Shown here piece by piece: positions 53,061-63,093 of a stretch of 64,000 nt of DNA (position 1 is its first letter; every line of letters starts with the position of its first letter). Source of the DNA: Verrucomicrobia bacterium SCGC AAA164-E04 (GTDB lineage: Bacteria; Verrucomicrobiota; Verrucomicrobiia; Limisphaerales; AAA164-E04); NCBI GenBank assembly GCA_000383715.1, contig KB911862.1:27132-91131 (forward strand), given 5' to 3'. The translations under genes and the position numbers were made by a program. The notes below the pieces were generated by a model. That model worked only from the letters and a program-made list of their open reading frames with translations, searched no databases and had not been told where the DNA came from.

Positions 53061-56000
53061 TTGCGATCTAAGAACTCAATTTCAATGAAAATAAATCAAC
53101 TCCCTTTGTATTGCATCGCATTCCTGTGTGTTTCCGGCTTGTCATTAAGCGCCGCAGACCTGAATAATATCCCCTTGCCGCCGCATGCGTTCCGGCTGCC
53201 CGATGGCTACACTCTTGAACTGGTTGCCGCCCCTCCGTTGGTTCAGCGTCCGGTCCACATGTGCTTTGATGAAGGAGGTACGCTTTACGTCACGGACAGT
53301 TCAGGGGACAGTCGCAAGGCGCCGGCTCAGCTCAAGACACCAAGCCATCGCATCCTGCGCCTCGTCGACCGCGATAGAGACGGAGTCTTTGATCATTCTT
53401 CCGTTTTTGCCGACGAAGTGCCATTTCCTGAGGGCATCCTCGTTCATAAGGGAGCCGTCTATGTCGGAGCGCCGCCGCACATCTGGAAATTCACTGACAC
53501 AGATGGTGACGATGTGGCAGATGAGCGGGTATCCTGGTTTAATGGTGGTTCCATCGGGGCTTGTGGTAACGATATGCACGGTCCTTATCTGGCGCCTGAC
53601 GGGTATTTTTACTGGTGCAAGGGAGGCTTTCAGGAGCAGTCCCTGCAACTCGGAAAAGGGCAGCGGCACATAGGAAGAGCAGCCCACATCTTTCGCGCCA
53701 AACCCGATGGCAGTGAGCTTGAGGTGGTCATTACCGGAGGGATGAACAATCCGGTAGGGCTGGCTTTCAGTGAGACGGGTGAGCGTTTTCTCAGTGGTAC
53801 TTTTTTTGATCTTTCCCAACCCGGTCGAAGAGACGGAATCCTGCATGCTGTCTATGGTGGAACGTATGGAAGGGAAAACGATCGGGTCCTTGCCAGGCAT
53901 CCACACACCGGAGGATTGCTGCCGATCATTGCGCAAACGGGACCTTCAGCTCCTTCCGGTATTGTCATGCCCCGAAGCGCGGCACTTGGGTTCGATGGCG
54001 ATTTGCTTTGCGCTGACTTTAATCTGAGGCGAATTTCACGATACAGACTGAGTCCATCGGGATCTTCCTTTTCAGCCGAGATGGATATATTGATGGAGAG
54101 TGATCAAAACGATTTTCACCCCACCGATGTCATTGAAGATGCCGACGGTAGCCTGCTTGTTGCCAACACGGGGAGCTGGTATCACATTTGCTGTCCTACC
54201 TCCAAATTATCCAAGCCGCAGATTCTGGGTGCGGTCTACCGAATTCAAAAAATGAATCATACTGCCGACGAAGATCCCAGAGGGTCCAAATTGGATTGGA
54301 AGAATCCTGATGTCGACTTCCTGTCCGACACTCGATCGGTCGTAGTTAACCGTGCGATCGATGCGCTAGCGATTGAAGCAAACGTCAAGGCTCTGCATTC
54401 GGCCGATGCCCGACTGCCGGCGACCTGGGCATTGCACCGCATCTCTGGGGCTGCGGCACGCGAAGCCATTCGGGAGCGAATCGGCGATGATAGCGTTAAA
54501 GTGCGTTCGGCAGCCATTCACAGCGCCGGACTATGGCGTGATCAGGAGGCAGTGAACGAGCTGATTGACACCCTTTCTGCTGATGACTCCCTATTGCGCC
54601 GACTTGCTGCGATGGCGCTGGGCAGGATCGGTGACACGCGTGCCGTGGCCCCCCTGTTAAAACTGGGCGCGAATGAGCAGGATCTTTTTCTGAAGCACGC
54701 CATCACTTATGCTCTGTTTGAAATCGGTGATATTGAGAGCGTGCCGAATGATCACGCATTGGGGAAACAGCTTCGGCACATGCAGAAAGTATCCCAGCAA
54801 AATCCAGCCGTACATCCCATGCCTGAAATCCGGTGGGTAGATCCTGTCGATCCGGATCCGGCCAAATGGGCGCGGCAGCAAGATCGTCTCGTGGAGTTTA
54901 AAAAATACCTGCCCAAAGGAAATCCAATCCGTGGAGAACAACTTTTTCAGGACACGACTCGAACACTCTGCATGACGTGTCACACCATGGGAGAAAAGGG
55001 TATAAGCTTTGGTCCCGATCTGACTGGTATTGGCTCGATACGTAGTGATCAGGATCTACTGGAGTCCATCTTGTTTCCCAGTGCCTCCATCGCTCGGTAT
55101 TACGAAAGGGTGACGATTGAAAAAGCAGAGGGCCACTTGACTGGACTGATTATGCGGGACACCGCTGATCACATCGAATTGGCCTCAGCACCGGGAGTCA
55201 GGGAGTCGATTCCAATTCGGGACATAAAGGCGGCGCAGTATTCGAATATCTCATTGATGCCTGAAGTGTTTGAAGCCTTGTTGAAGCCGGATGAGATCGC
55301 TGATCTAGTCGCTTACCTGAAATCGGAAACCTTGCCCGGACCATTGGTCTCCAATAGCAGGCAAGCCCATGATGCGAGTGCTGAGATTCCCTTGCACAGG
55401 CCATTGAACTTGCCCGGGCTGCATGCTTACGCTCAGAAGAGCGTTGAGGCAGGAGAGGCGATCGAATTCAGAGTGAGCAGTAAGGTTCCCTATAACTTGT
55501 CTGTTGTGGAGTTAGGGGCAGATCCAGAAAGCCGAGAAGAGGACCCCATACTGGAAACGATGCGTGAGGAGAATCCAAAATCACAGCCTATTCATCCCGG
55601 ATCATATGTGCACGTGTCAAAAGGATTGCCTGTCGAAAGGCGTCTGACTGGGCTTACCCTTGAAGGGTGGTTCCGTCCCTTCAGTCTTGAAGGCTGGCAA
55701 GGCCTGATCACCCAGCACGATTATCCAGATCATTGTGGGGTTGGTTTATTTATCAACAATGGTCGGATCGCTTTCATCACGGGCAATGGGGGAAGCCATG
55801 ATCCAGCTTCCCTTCATCAAACGGATTCAGGCCTGATCAGGCCTCAGCATTGGCATCACATCGTTGCCACTTGGGATGGAAAGAATAAACGTATTTACGT
55901 GGATGGCAGGCTGGCGGGTGAGTTTCCATCCGTAGGTGTGATTCGGCCAGGGGCAACGGCGCTTCGACTGGGTGCCTACGGCAGTGACGGTGTCGCTGAT

Positions 56001-57596
56001 CACTTTTACAATGGTGACCTCGCGATGTGCGTGATTTATCAGCGAGCTCTTAATAAGGATGACATCTTAAAACGATTTTCTGATCATGGCCAGACTGCTC
56101 CCAAAGATGAATCGGCGCTGGGATGCTGGCCTTTCGTGGAGGAGCGCGGCAGCAGGGTAGCTGATGTGAGTAACGACGGACGTCATGGGCAAATCATCAA
56201 TAAAGGAACTTGGATGATTGGTGGACCGAGCTTCGATGCCGGAGCGATCGGGCGGCACGATACAAGTTATGATCCATCCAAAGACCCGAATCGCGGCCAT
56301 GGGTTGCGGCTGGCTTCAGACGAACTTTACAATGCTCGTTGGGAAGTTTCACATCGATTCGGAATACCTGCTGACGCCAAATCCGGTGTCTACGCAGGCC
56401 GCTTTGATTTTGAAATGGACGGCAAGCCAATGCGTTACTTTACCACTTTTGTCGTACGGCGTCCTGAATCACGGTCCAAGGCGCCTTTATTAGTACTCGT
56501 CTCCTCGAATACCTGGCTGGCATATAATTCGGCTCCCTTCCCGGTCAATCACGGACGCGAAAAGATCATGATGGGCACTGAAGGGCTTGCCAGTAGCCAT
56601 CCTGATGCGGCTACCTACAGCTGTTACCGGGATCATCGTGCCGGTCAGCCAACATACAAGATCGGCCTCAAGCTGCCCTGGCCGGCCGCGGGTCCAAATA
56701 AAACCTATATCAATCAATCTTACAGTCATTTGCTTCGGGGAGAGCGCTTCCTGCACCTTTGGTTGGACCAGCATGATTATGAATACGATGTGATTACCGA
56801 CCGTGATCTCGATTCAAACCCCGAGATTCTGAAAGACTATCAGGTGGTGTGTCTCAATGGACACAGTGAATACTGGTCCGATCGTGCTTACGATGGGCTT
56901 GATAACTATCTCAAGGCAGGAGGTGCAGCCATGGTCATGTCCGGGAATACCATGTTCTGGCGGGTCAGTTTTGACGACTCCGACGAAGTAATGGAGGTTC
57001 GAAAATTCGGTACTGGTATTGGCGGTCGTCAGGCGGCGCAGGTGGGGGAGCTATACCATAGTCATGACTTCAAACGAGGCAGCTTGATGCGCTTCTGCGG
57101 TTATCCTGCCTGGAAAGTGATTGGGCTCACCTGCATAGGGTGGGGGACAGCTTTTAAACCTTATACGGTGGATCAGCCTGATCATTTTCTGTTCAATCAT
57201 CCTCATGCCACCGGATTGAAGAAAGGAGATACTTTTGGGTTTATCAGTGACGATGTTGGAGCGGTCGGGCATGAGTTTGATGTGCGGCTTTCGACCCTGC
57301 AGCGAGCTACGAATGACCCGGTCATGGAAGGACTTGTCGAATCCGAAGGGATAATAACGGTCGCTCGCAGCCACCATGAGCGCCAAATCCTCGACTTCAA
57401 TGCGGAAGGTCACAAACCTCGAGTGGGTGATGAGGATACGATTGCAGAGATGATCTACTGGGAACGCCCTGAGGGCGGGCGTGTATTCCACACCGGTTCG
57501 ATTGCAAGCGCCTGGGGCGTTTTCCATGACGAAAGTCTGAGCCAGTTGCTCAGGAACGTCCTGCATCACTTCGGAGTGAAGGGAAAGGGTGATTAG
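53061..57596 (+). CDS. Multidomain fusion: PVC-type heme-binding CxxCH dehydrogenase-like module, LamG-like domain and an N,N-dimethylformamidase large-subunit-like module
   Basis: 1511 aa with a signal peptide. The N-terminal half is paralogous to 7493-10447 (propeller blocks, HEAT LRRLAAMALGRIGD, CMTCH at 54969-54983, GPDLTGIG). A LamG-like block follows (LTLEGWFRPFS...WHHIVATWDGKNKRIYVDGRLAGE...GDLAMCVIYQRAL). The C-terminal ~520 aa carry LLVLVSSNTWLAYNS, VVCLNGHSEYWS and MVMSGNTMFWRV, which match my recollection of DMFase-like proteins. Confidence 0.85.
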   Translation: MRSKNSISMKINQLPLYCIAFLCVSGLSLSAADLNNIPLPPHAFRLPDGYTLELVAAPPLVQRPVHMCFDEGGTLYVTDSSGDSRKAPAQLKTPSHRILRLVDRDRDGVFDHSSVFADEVPFPEGILVHKGAVYVGAPPHIWKFTDTDGDDVADERVSWFNGGSIGACGNDMHGPYLAPDGYFYWCKGGFQEQSLQLGKGQRHIGRAAHIFRAKPDGSELEVVITGGMNNPVGLAFSETGERFLSGTFFDLSQPGRRDGILHAVYGGTYGRENDRVLARHPHTGGLLPIIAQTGPSAPSGIVMPRSAALGFDGDLLCADFNLRRISRYRLSPSGSSFSAEMDILMESDQNDFHPTDVIEDADGSLLVANTGSWYHICCPTSKLSKPQILGAVYRIQKMNHTADEDPRGSKLDWKNPDVDFLSDTRSVVVNRAIDALAIEANVKALHSADARLPATWALHRISGAAAREAIRERIGDDSVKVRSAAIHSAGLWRDQEAVNELIDTLSADDSLLRRLAAMALGRIGDTRAVAPLLKLGANEQDLFLKHAITYALFEIGDIESVPNDHALGKQLRHMQKVSQQNPAVHPMPEIRWVDPVDPDPAKWARQQDRLVEFKKYLPKGNPIRGEQLFQDTTRTLCMTCHTMGEKGISFGPDLTGIGSIRSDQDLLESILFPSASIARYYERVTIEKAEGHLTGLIMRDTADHIELASAPGVRESIPIRDIKAAQYSNISLMPEVFEALLKPDEIADLVAYLKSETLPGPLVSNSRQAHDASAEIPLHRPLNLPGLHAYAQKSVEAGEAIEFRVSSKVPYNLSVVELGADPESREEDPILETMREENPKSQPIHPGSYVHVSKGLPVERRLTGLTLEGWFRPFSLEGWQGLITQHDYPDHCGVGLFINNGRIAFITGNGGSHDPASLHQTDSGLIRPQHWHHIVATWDGKNKRIYVDGRLAGEFPSVGVIRPGATALRLGAYGSDGVADHFYNGDLAMCVIYQRALNKDDILKRFSDHGQTAPKDESALGCWPFVEERGSRVADVSNDGRHGQIINKGTWMIGGPSFDAGAIGRHDTSYDPSKDPNRGHGLRLASDELYNARWEVSHRFGIPADAKSGVYAGRFDFEMDGKPMRYFTTFVVRRPESRSKAPLLVLVSSNTWLAYNSAPFPVNHGREKIMMGTEGLASSHPDAATYSCYRDHRAGQPTYKIGLKLPWPAAGPNKTYINQSYSHLLRGERFLHLWLDQHDYEYDVITDRDLDSNPEILKDYQVVCLNGHSEYWSDRAYDGLDNYLKAGGAAMVMSGNTMFWRVSFDDSDEVMEVRKFGTGIGGRQAAQVGELYHSHDFKRGSLMRFCGYPAWKVIGLTCIGWGTAFKPYTVDQPDHFLFNHPHATGLKKGDTFGFISDDVGAVGHEFDVRLSTLQRATNDPVMEGLVESEGIITVARSHHERQILDFNAEGHKPRVGDEDTIAEMIYWERPEGGRVFHTGSIASAWGVFHDESLSQLLRNVLHHFGVKGKGD

Positions 57597-58162
57597 GAAC
57601 TTTCATCGCCCACTGGGTTACGTGCTAATTCAGATCAGAGCTTGCCCCTGGTTCCAGCAAGACTGACGGGCCTCCTGTATTTGTGCCTATTGATTTTCCA
57701 TGATGAAATGTCCCCTCTGGCCGCGGACATTTTTCTCAAATCTGAAGAGACGGTAAATGAGAGTGCACATGGAACGTGTATGCATGGCTTGGGCAGGAAA
57801 TCCATGCGATTTCGACGGATGTAGAATCATCTCTCTCGACTGGACAGAAGATCGCGAATTTGTGCGCCAACTATTGAAAACGATGACACTCGACTTCGGT
57901 GAATGATCAAAAAAATGTCAGCGCCTTAAAGTCTGATGCGTTCCTTGTTTTAACAATTTCATATGATGAACTTCCGAGTGCGTGGAAAAACGCCATGATT
58001 GGATGTCAGTAGATGTAATGAGGTAGGTGCGTCCTTGACGCCGCTTATGTCTGAATCATGCAAGTGTCTTCATGTGTTTTTTTCCCGTCAAGCCGAGCTC
58101 GATTGAGTGCGGCTTGTTCGGTATTGAACATTTTTTAATGGCTACATACAGTTTAAAACATC

Positions 58163-58555
58163 ATGACGAAGAACAAGGGTATACTCATTGGATTCACAGT
58201 TGTTGCCATTCTGGTTCTTCTATGGTCGGTTTTCGGGAATGAACTGTTCGATAATCAGCCTACCTTCAAGAATGAAACCGAAGCTCGGGTCTACTTAAGG
58301 TCACAAGTCGCCAGTGGAAAAATGTCTGAGGTGGAAGCGCAGCTCAGACTAGCTGAAATCATAGCCGGGCAAAACAAGGCCCAGAGAAAAGAGAACAAGA
58401 AAAAAAGAGCTTCAGGGAAGAAGAAAATGTTTGAGTCTCTCAATGAAGCGGTTGAACGAGGTGAAATGACGAAAGAAGAAGCCATGGAGAAATTCAAGAA
58501 CCGAAAGACGGCTGAGAAGGATTCAGGAAAAGCGTCTTCTCAAAAAAAGCAATGA
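58163..58555 (+). CDS. Small N-terminally anchored Lys/Glu-rich protein (hypothetical)
   Basis: 130 aa. TM helix [18 protein letters not shown] is followed by a charged helical region. The stop lies 13 nt before the DUF1559 gene. Confidence 0.55.
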   Translation: MTKNKGILIGFTVVAILVLLWSVFGNELFDNQPTFKNETEARVYLRSQVASGKMSEVEAQLRLAEIIAGQNKAQRKENKKKRASGKKKMFESLNEAVERGEMTKEEAMEKFKNRKTAEKDSGKASSQKKQ

Positions 58556-58568
58556 ACGCCTGGCTGAC

Positions 58569-59333
58569 ATGAGAGTAATGAATGCATTGATTTCAAAACC
58601 CTTGAGTGCCTCCCTTGGCAAGAAAGAGATAGAAGCCGGTATCCCAAACTCGGGTTTTACCCTGATTGAACTTTTGGTGGTCATCGCCATCATTGGGATC
58701 CTGGCAGGTATGTTATTGCCAGCCCTTTCCAAGGCCAAGGATCGGGCCAAGCGGACTCACTGCCTGAATAACGTGCGTCAGTTGCAACTGGGCGTCTCCA
58801 TGTATGCGGATGACCATGACGGCTACCTGCCCCCCCGGGATTACGATGCAGGTGAGGTGTGGATGGATCGTCTTGAATCCTATTACGGTAATCGAGGTGT
58901 GCTGAAGTGTCCGGTGGATAGGGGTAAACATGAAAACGATTACCTGATGAACGGTTTTGTTGATTTCTTTGCTGTGGAATCATTTCGTGGCGATTGGAAT
59001 GCTTTTTTCGGGGCCTACAAGTCAGGCGGCTTCACTGGAATGAAACTGGCCGCGATACCAGAACCTTCCGAAACGATTGTGCTCGGGGAAAGGAAAGCTG
59101 AATCAGAAGATGATGCCTACATGGATATCTGGCCACCTGAGTATGGTAGCGACCATTTGACCGAGGTGGCTCATGGTAAGCATCGCTCGGCAGGCAATGA
59201 GCAGGGTGGTGGCTCCAATTACGGTTTCGTTGATGGCAGTGTGCGCTTTCTCAAATTCGGAGAAGCCTTCAGCCCCCAAAACCTGTGGGCGGTGACAGAC
59301 GAATTCCGAAATGCTTCGCTGCCTGAACTCTGA
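58569..59333 (+). CDS. Prepilin-type N-terminal cleavage/methylation domain protein, DUF1559-like
   Basis: 254 aa. [30 protein letters not shown] at the N-terminus and [12 protein letters not shown] near the C-terminus. Confidence 0.85.
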   Translation: MRVMNALISKPLSASLGKKEIEAGIPNSGFTLIELLVVIAIIGILAGMLLPALSKAKDRAKRTHCLNNVRQLQLGVSMYADDHDGYLPPRDYDAGEVWMDRLESYYGNRGVLKCPVDRGKHENDYLMNGFVDFFAVESFRGDWNAFFGAYKSGGFTGMKLAAIPEPSETIVLGERKAESEDDAYMDIWPPEYGSDHLTEVAHGKHRSAGNEQGGGSNYGFVDGSVRFLKFGEAFSPQNLWAVTDEFRNASLPEL

Positions 59334-59407
59334 TAAAATGTAAGGAGCAGTCCTGGAGCTCGAGGGAAAACGCATGGCTGAAATGACAGAATAATTTACC
59401 ACAAACC

Positions 59408-60445
59408 GTGGAGGCCACCCTGCGACCTCTACCCTTTTTTGCACTCAACCGTAGGTGCAAAAAACGGAACTCAAATCTTCACTTTACGATGATCGCCTAT
59501 CATTATTTATCCATGGGTCTCAATGCGCTAGCACGGGCACACCATATGAAATCGATGGCGGGCCATCTCGGCGCGGCAGTGATTGCCGGATATTTTGTTG
59601 GCGAGCAACGCCCCAATCTCGATTCGAAGGTTTACAAGGGTATCGAGGATGATCTCGAGAGAATCATGCGCGGCGAGTCGGTTTTCGGGAAAAGAATGTA
59701 TAAGAATTCGAAGCTTGCTGACCGTGAATTGTTTGAGCCCTTTCCCAAGCAGAAACCCGATGAAACACTCATTGACGGAGTTGCTGAATCACTCGAGAAG
59801 AACATCGGGAGTCCCCGAGAGTCGGGGCACAATGTGATCTTTGCCTCACTTGCGATTCGCGCGCTCAAGGAACATCCCGAATTCGCAACGCCGGCGGTGG
59901 TCGATGGAATCCGGAAGTTGATCTCCCTCTTCGATAACTCACATCCCGGGAGTGGATATTACGGTAAGAAAAGGGGGCGGATTTACGGAAACAAGATCAA
60001 GCTTCCCAACGATGATGGAACACCACTCTACACGGATATGGAGGGAATGACCATTGCGGTATTGGATGAAGTGATCAACCAGAAACCCGAGATCAACCGC
60101 ACAGGTTATGGAAGCCTCGTCCACGTCGTCAATCACGCCGCGGCGATTGCTGATCTTTCCGTTTATGGCTATTCGGAACTGGTGCCACGTGCCGTAAGAG
60201 CCCATCGTGACCACCTGCGCCTTTGGCGTAATCTGCCGAATGTCGCAGACGAGAAAGGGCAGGTAAAGGTCTCTCAATTCACGCCTCACACAGCAGCTTA
60301 TTGGACATCCGGAAAAATACCTTATGATCGCGCACTCCTCACGCATCGAGTGAAAACCATGTTCGGCTTTGATGAGCTCGCCGCAGCGGTTGACGAGGAG
60401 GCGAAGGAGAAGGCAGCTTACAACAAGCTGCGCTTCATGATCTGA
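59408..60445 (+). CDS. Hypothetical protein
   Basis: 345-aa ORF from GTG 59408; ATG 59489 (MIAYHYLSMG...) is the more likely start. I recognise no family. Confidence 0.6.
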   Translation: MEATLRPLPFFALNRRCKKRNSNLHFTMIAYHYLSMGLNALARAHHMKSMAGHLGAAVIAGYFVGEQRPNLDSKVYKGIEDDLERIMRGESVFGKRMYKNSKLADRELFEPFPKQKPDETLIDGVAESLEKNIGSPRESGHNVIFASLAIRALKEHPEFATPAVVDGIRKLISLFDNSHPGSGYYGKKRGRIYGNKIKLPNDDGTPLYTDMEGMTIAVLDEVINQKPEINRTGYGSLVHVVNHAAAIADLSVYGYSELVPRAVRAHRDHLRLWRNLPNVADEKGQVKVSQFTPHTAAYWTSGKIPYDRALLTHRVKTMFGFDELAAAVDEEAKEKAAYNKLRFMI

Positions 60446-60566
60446 TTCGTTTGGATGGCTGGTCGATGTTCACAAGTGCATTCTGCATGGTATTATTGCA
60501 TGGATGCAGAGATCATGAGCATCCAATAGTTTTAAAAATGTCATTGATCGGCCGACAAATGTTTCT

Positions 60567-62555
60567 ATGCTTAAGTTCATGAAACCCGCACTTATCCTTC
60601 TGGCCATGGTCTTAATAGCCAATAGCAACTGGGCCGATTGGCAGGCGTTCAATGACAGTTCCAACAAGAATGGAGGTACCGATGATCCCACGGTGACGAC
60701 CATCAACATTGGACGGAGCAGCCCAGGCCCTGTTGAGGAGGAACTCCTGCAGTTTGGTAGCGGGGACGGTACAGGTGTGATAGCACGCTATGAGGAAACT
60801 GTTTCAACCGGGAGTGTGTTCTGGACGTCCGATTCGATCACAGTCGATCCTCAGAGTGATGCTGTTACCTTGTTTGGTGAGGCATTGGACCTGGATGGGA
60901 ACATCAGTTATGGCGATGCCCCGGGTTGGCATGTGGATTTGGTCCTGGAAGGTCTGGATCCCCAGCGCACTTATGCCTTTGCCGGGACGGCCATGCGGGG
61001 AGGCGGCCAGGGTTATGCCGAGCGTACGACCAACTGGCAACTGTTGGGAGCCGATACCTTCACTTACGCGAGTTCCCAGGGTGCGTGGAAGGTTGGGGAA
61101 GACAGTGTGGAATTCAGTACCGGTCACAACAAGGTGGGCTATGTGGCGCGATGGACTGGTATTGCGCCGGGTTCCGACGGGAAAATTATCATTCGTACGA
61201 GTCATACGGTGGGGGAAGCCAACGGTGGACTCCCCGGAGCTCATGCCTACAAGGGCTACGCAGGCGGTGTGTTCATGCTTGAGCTGGAGTCCGGCAGCAA
61301 TCAAGGACCTCAGCAAAACATGCAGATGGTCAGGCTTTTTCCCTTTCAGGGGCTACCAGCCAACCCTGCTTCGAGCGTCGTGGTTGGGGTGGATCCGGGC
61401 ACTGGGATCCTGGATCCAGAGGCCGTAGAAATGTTCCTGGATGGATCTCCGGTCGCGACTACCCTCGACTTCAGCGAATCCATTATCAACATCATCCATA
61501 CCCCAGAGGATTTCTTTGCAAGCGGATCAGTTCATGAAGTCGAAATTCGATTCGTCGACACACTGACGCCTGCGTTGCCCTATCAAAGCTCCTGGTCCTT
61601 CACGACGGTGGATTACAGCAATCTACCTTCATTGGATGCCGACCAGGCCATGAATCAGGTCGAGACAAAAGATCTGCGGCGAGGATTTGGTATTCGAACC
61701 ATGGCTCCTGATCCCTTCAATACCTCGGGTGGCAACTGGGGGTTGGAGTATACTGAAGACCTCCTAATCATCTGGGATCAACCGCATGAAAACCTGGCTC
61801 AGCTCGATCGGCATAACGAAAAAGGATATTTTGTTGAGTCGGGAGGTATTAATTATCAGCGTGACCAGTTGGCCATTGGCAATCACGGTGAGGAAAAACC
61901 CTTTCCGGGGATTTCTGGCACTGAAGCCCTCATCCCGGAAGACTATGAGGAGCCCTATACCTTTTTTGGTTGCGAGATTGTCACCCTTTTGGAACTGAGC
62001 GAGGGCTACCATGACCTTTCCGTGACAGCATCGCCTCAGCATGAGCTTTACCTTGGCTTTGGACCCAATGCCTTCTTGATCGATCCGGATGAATCCATCA
62101 ACCCCGGCAAAGGAGATGATCAGGGGTGGCGGTATCGATTCACGGTCCCTCAAAGTGGTATCTATCCGTTTACACTTCTCTTTTTCGATGATCTCACAGG
62201 TAGCTCTACGCTCACGACCAGTGGGGGAAGTGCGTCCAGCTTGGAATGGTCGGTGAAATCGCCTTTGGGAACGACGCCATTGATCAATGCTCCGGTAGTA
62301 GGAAGCATCAAGGCCTATATTCCGGAATTTGCCGCGGACAGACAGGTCCAAGCCAGCATTGAGCTAAATTCCATGACCGCGCAAAGCTTCAGCTTCAATA
62401 CCCTTGCAGGTTCAAATTACCTCATTGAAGGATCTGAAGACTTGAAACAGTGGAAAGAGATTGCTCAGCTGACAGCCGAAGGGGATTCAACGACATTCAG
62501 GGATGATCGTGAACCAAGCTCTGATGTATATTTTTATCGGGTTCGACTGCCTTAA
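60567..62555 (+). CDS. Large secreted hypothetical protein with a C-terminal F(Y/F)R tail
   Basis: 662 aa. Signal peptide MKPALILLAMVLIANSNWA. The tail is ...GSNYLIEGSEDLKQWKEIAQL...SSDVYFYRVRLP. Confidence 0.7.
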   Translation: MLKFMKPALILLAMVLIANSNWADWQAFNDSSNKNGGTDDPTVTTINIGRSSPGPVEEELLQFGSGDGTGVIARYEETVSTGSVFWTSDSITVDPQSDAVTLFGEALDLDGNISYGDAPGWHVDLVLEGLDPQRTYAFAGTAMRGGGQGYAERTTNWQLLGADTFTYASSQGAWKVGEDSVEFSTGHNKVGYVARWTGIAPGSDGKIIIRTSHTVGEANGGLPGAHAYKGYAGGVFMLELESGSNQGPQQNMQMVRLFPFQGLPANPASSVVVGVDPGTGILDPEAVEMFLDGSPVATTLDFSESIINIIHTPEDFFASGSVHEVEIRFVDTLTPALPYQSSWSFTTVDYSNLPSLDADQAMNQVETKDLRRGFGIRTMAPDPFNTSGGNWGLEYTEDLLIIWDQPHENLAQLDRHNEKGYFVESGGINYQRDQLAIGNHGEEKPFPGISGTEALIPEDYEEPYTFFGCEIVTLLELSEGYHDLSVTASPQHELYLGFGPNAFLIDPDESINPGKGDDQGWRYRFTVPQSGIYPFTLLFFDDLTGSSTLTTSGGSASSLEWSVKSPLGTTPLINAPVVGSIKAYIPEFAADRQVQASIELNSMTAQSFSFNTLAGSNYLIEGSEDLKQWKEIAQLTAEGDSTTFRDDREPSSDVYFYRVRLP

Positions 62556-62702
62556 GGGCTGGCCGGACGGGTCCCAATGATCCCACGCCGCCTTGTGTTG
62601 AAGTGCCGGATGAATTGTGATCTAACTCTGGGATGGGAAAATTCCAAGTCGAGGCTCCTGAGAGAGGCTTTCGATCTTGATCTCCCTTTATTGCCATGGG
62701 CC

Positions 62703-62933
62703 TCATTGTTGAGAGCAAGCTAATGCCTTTAAATAAAAGTTCACTCCAAGGCTGAGCAGGGAAACAAGTGACGGTATCAGGTCAGAAGGTCTATCGAATT
62801 TTTTCGGAATCGACATTAAAATCGATGCAATACCTGCAAGAGAGAGCAGAAAAAGGCAGTCCCATTCAAAACGATTCATGATAATCAGGGGCGAAAACCC
62901 ATGCCCTTTTGGTCGGCCGGGCATTGATTGCAA
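62703..62933 (-). CDS. Possible small two-helix membrane protein (weak)
   Basis: 76-aa ORF with two hydrophobic stretches (CLFLLSLAGIASILM, LIPSLVSLLSLGVNFYL). No other support. Confidence 0.2.
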   Translation of the reverse strand: MQSMPGRPKGHGFSPLIIMNRFEWDCLFLLSLAGIASILMSIPKKFDRPSDLIPSLVSLLSLGVNFYLKALACSQQ

Positions 62934-63093
62934 TTGCTAAAATCCCATCATATCAAATCCCCCAGGCAGGCTGCATCATCAGGCTGAGGTATGGAGCAAT
63001 CATCACCACTCGGTGACAAGTTGACACGAGCCATTTTCAGTGGTTTTGCTCAAGGTTTTTTCCCATAAATAATCAAATCTTGAGACATTCGGG

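Noticed and set aside
53301-53936. 211-aa minus-strand ORF, together with 57051-57569, 56490-56774 and others on the minus strand
   Set aside because: They are antisense to the 1,511-aa multidomain gene, whose frame carries clear propeller, HEAT, CxxCH and LamG motifs.
57642-57824. 60-aa ORF and a 49-aa ORF (about 57758-57907) in the 566-bp spacer after the large fusion gene
   Set aside because: They are short, have no motifs and have no support beyond being open.
60790-61428. 212-aa plus-strand ORF, with overlapping ORFs at 60804-61316 (minus strand) and 60926-61282 (plus strand)
   Set aside because: These are alternative frames within the 662-aa secreted protein gene. The long frame has a signal peptide and the shared C-terminal tail, and these ORFs have neither.
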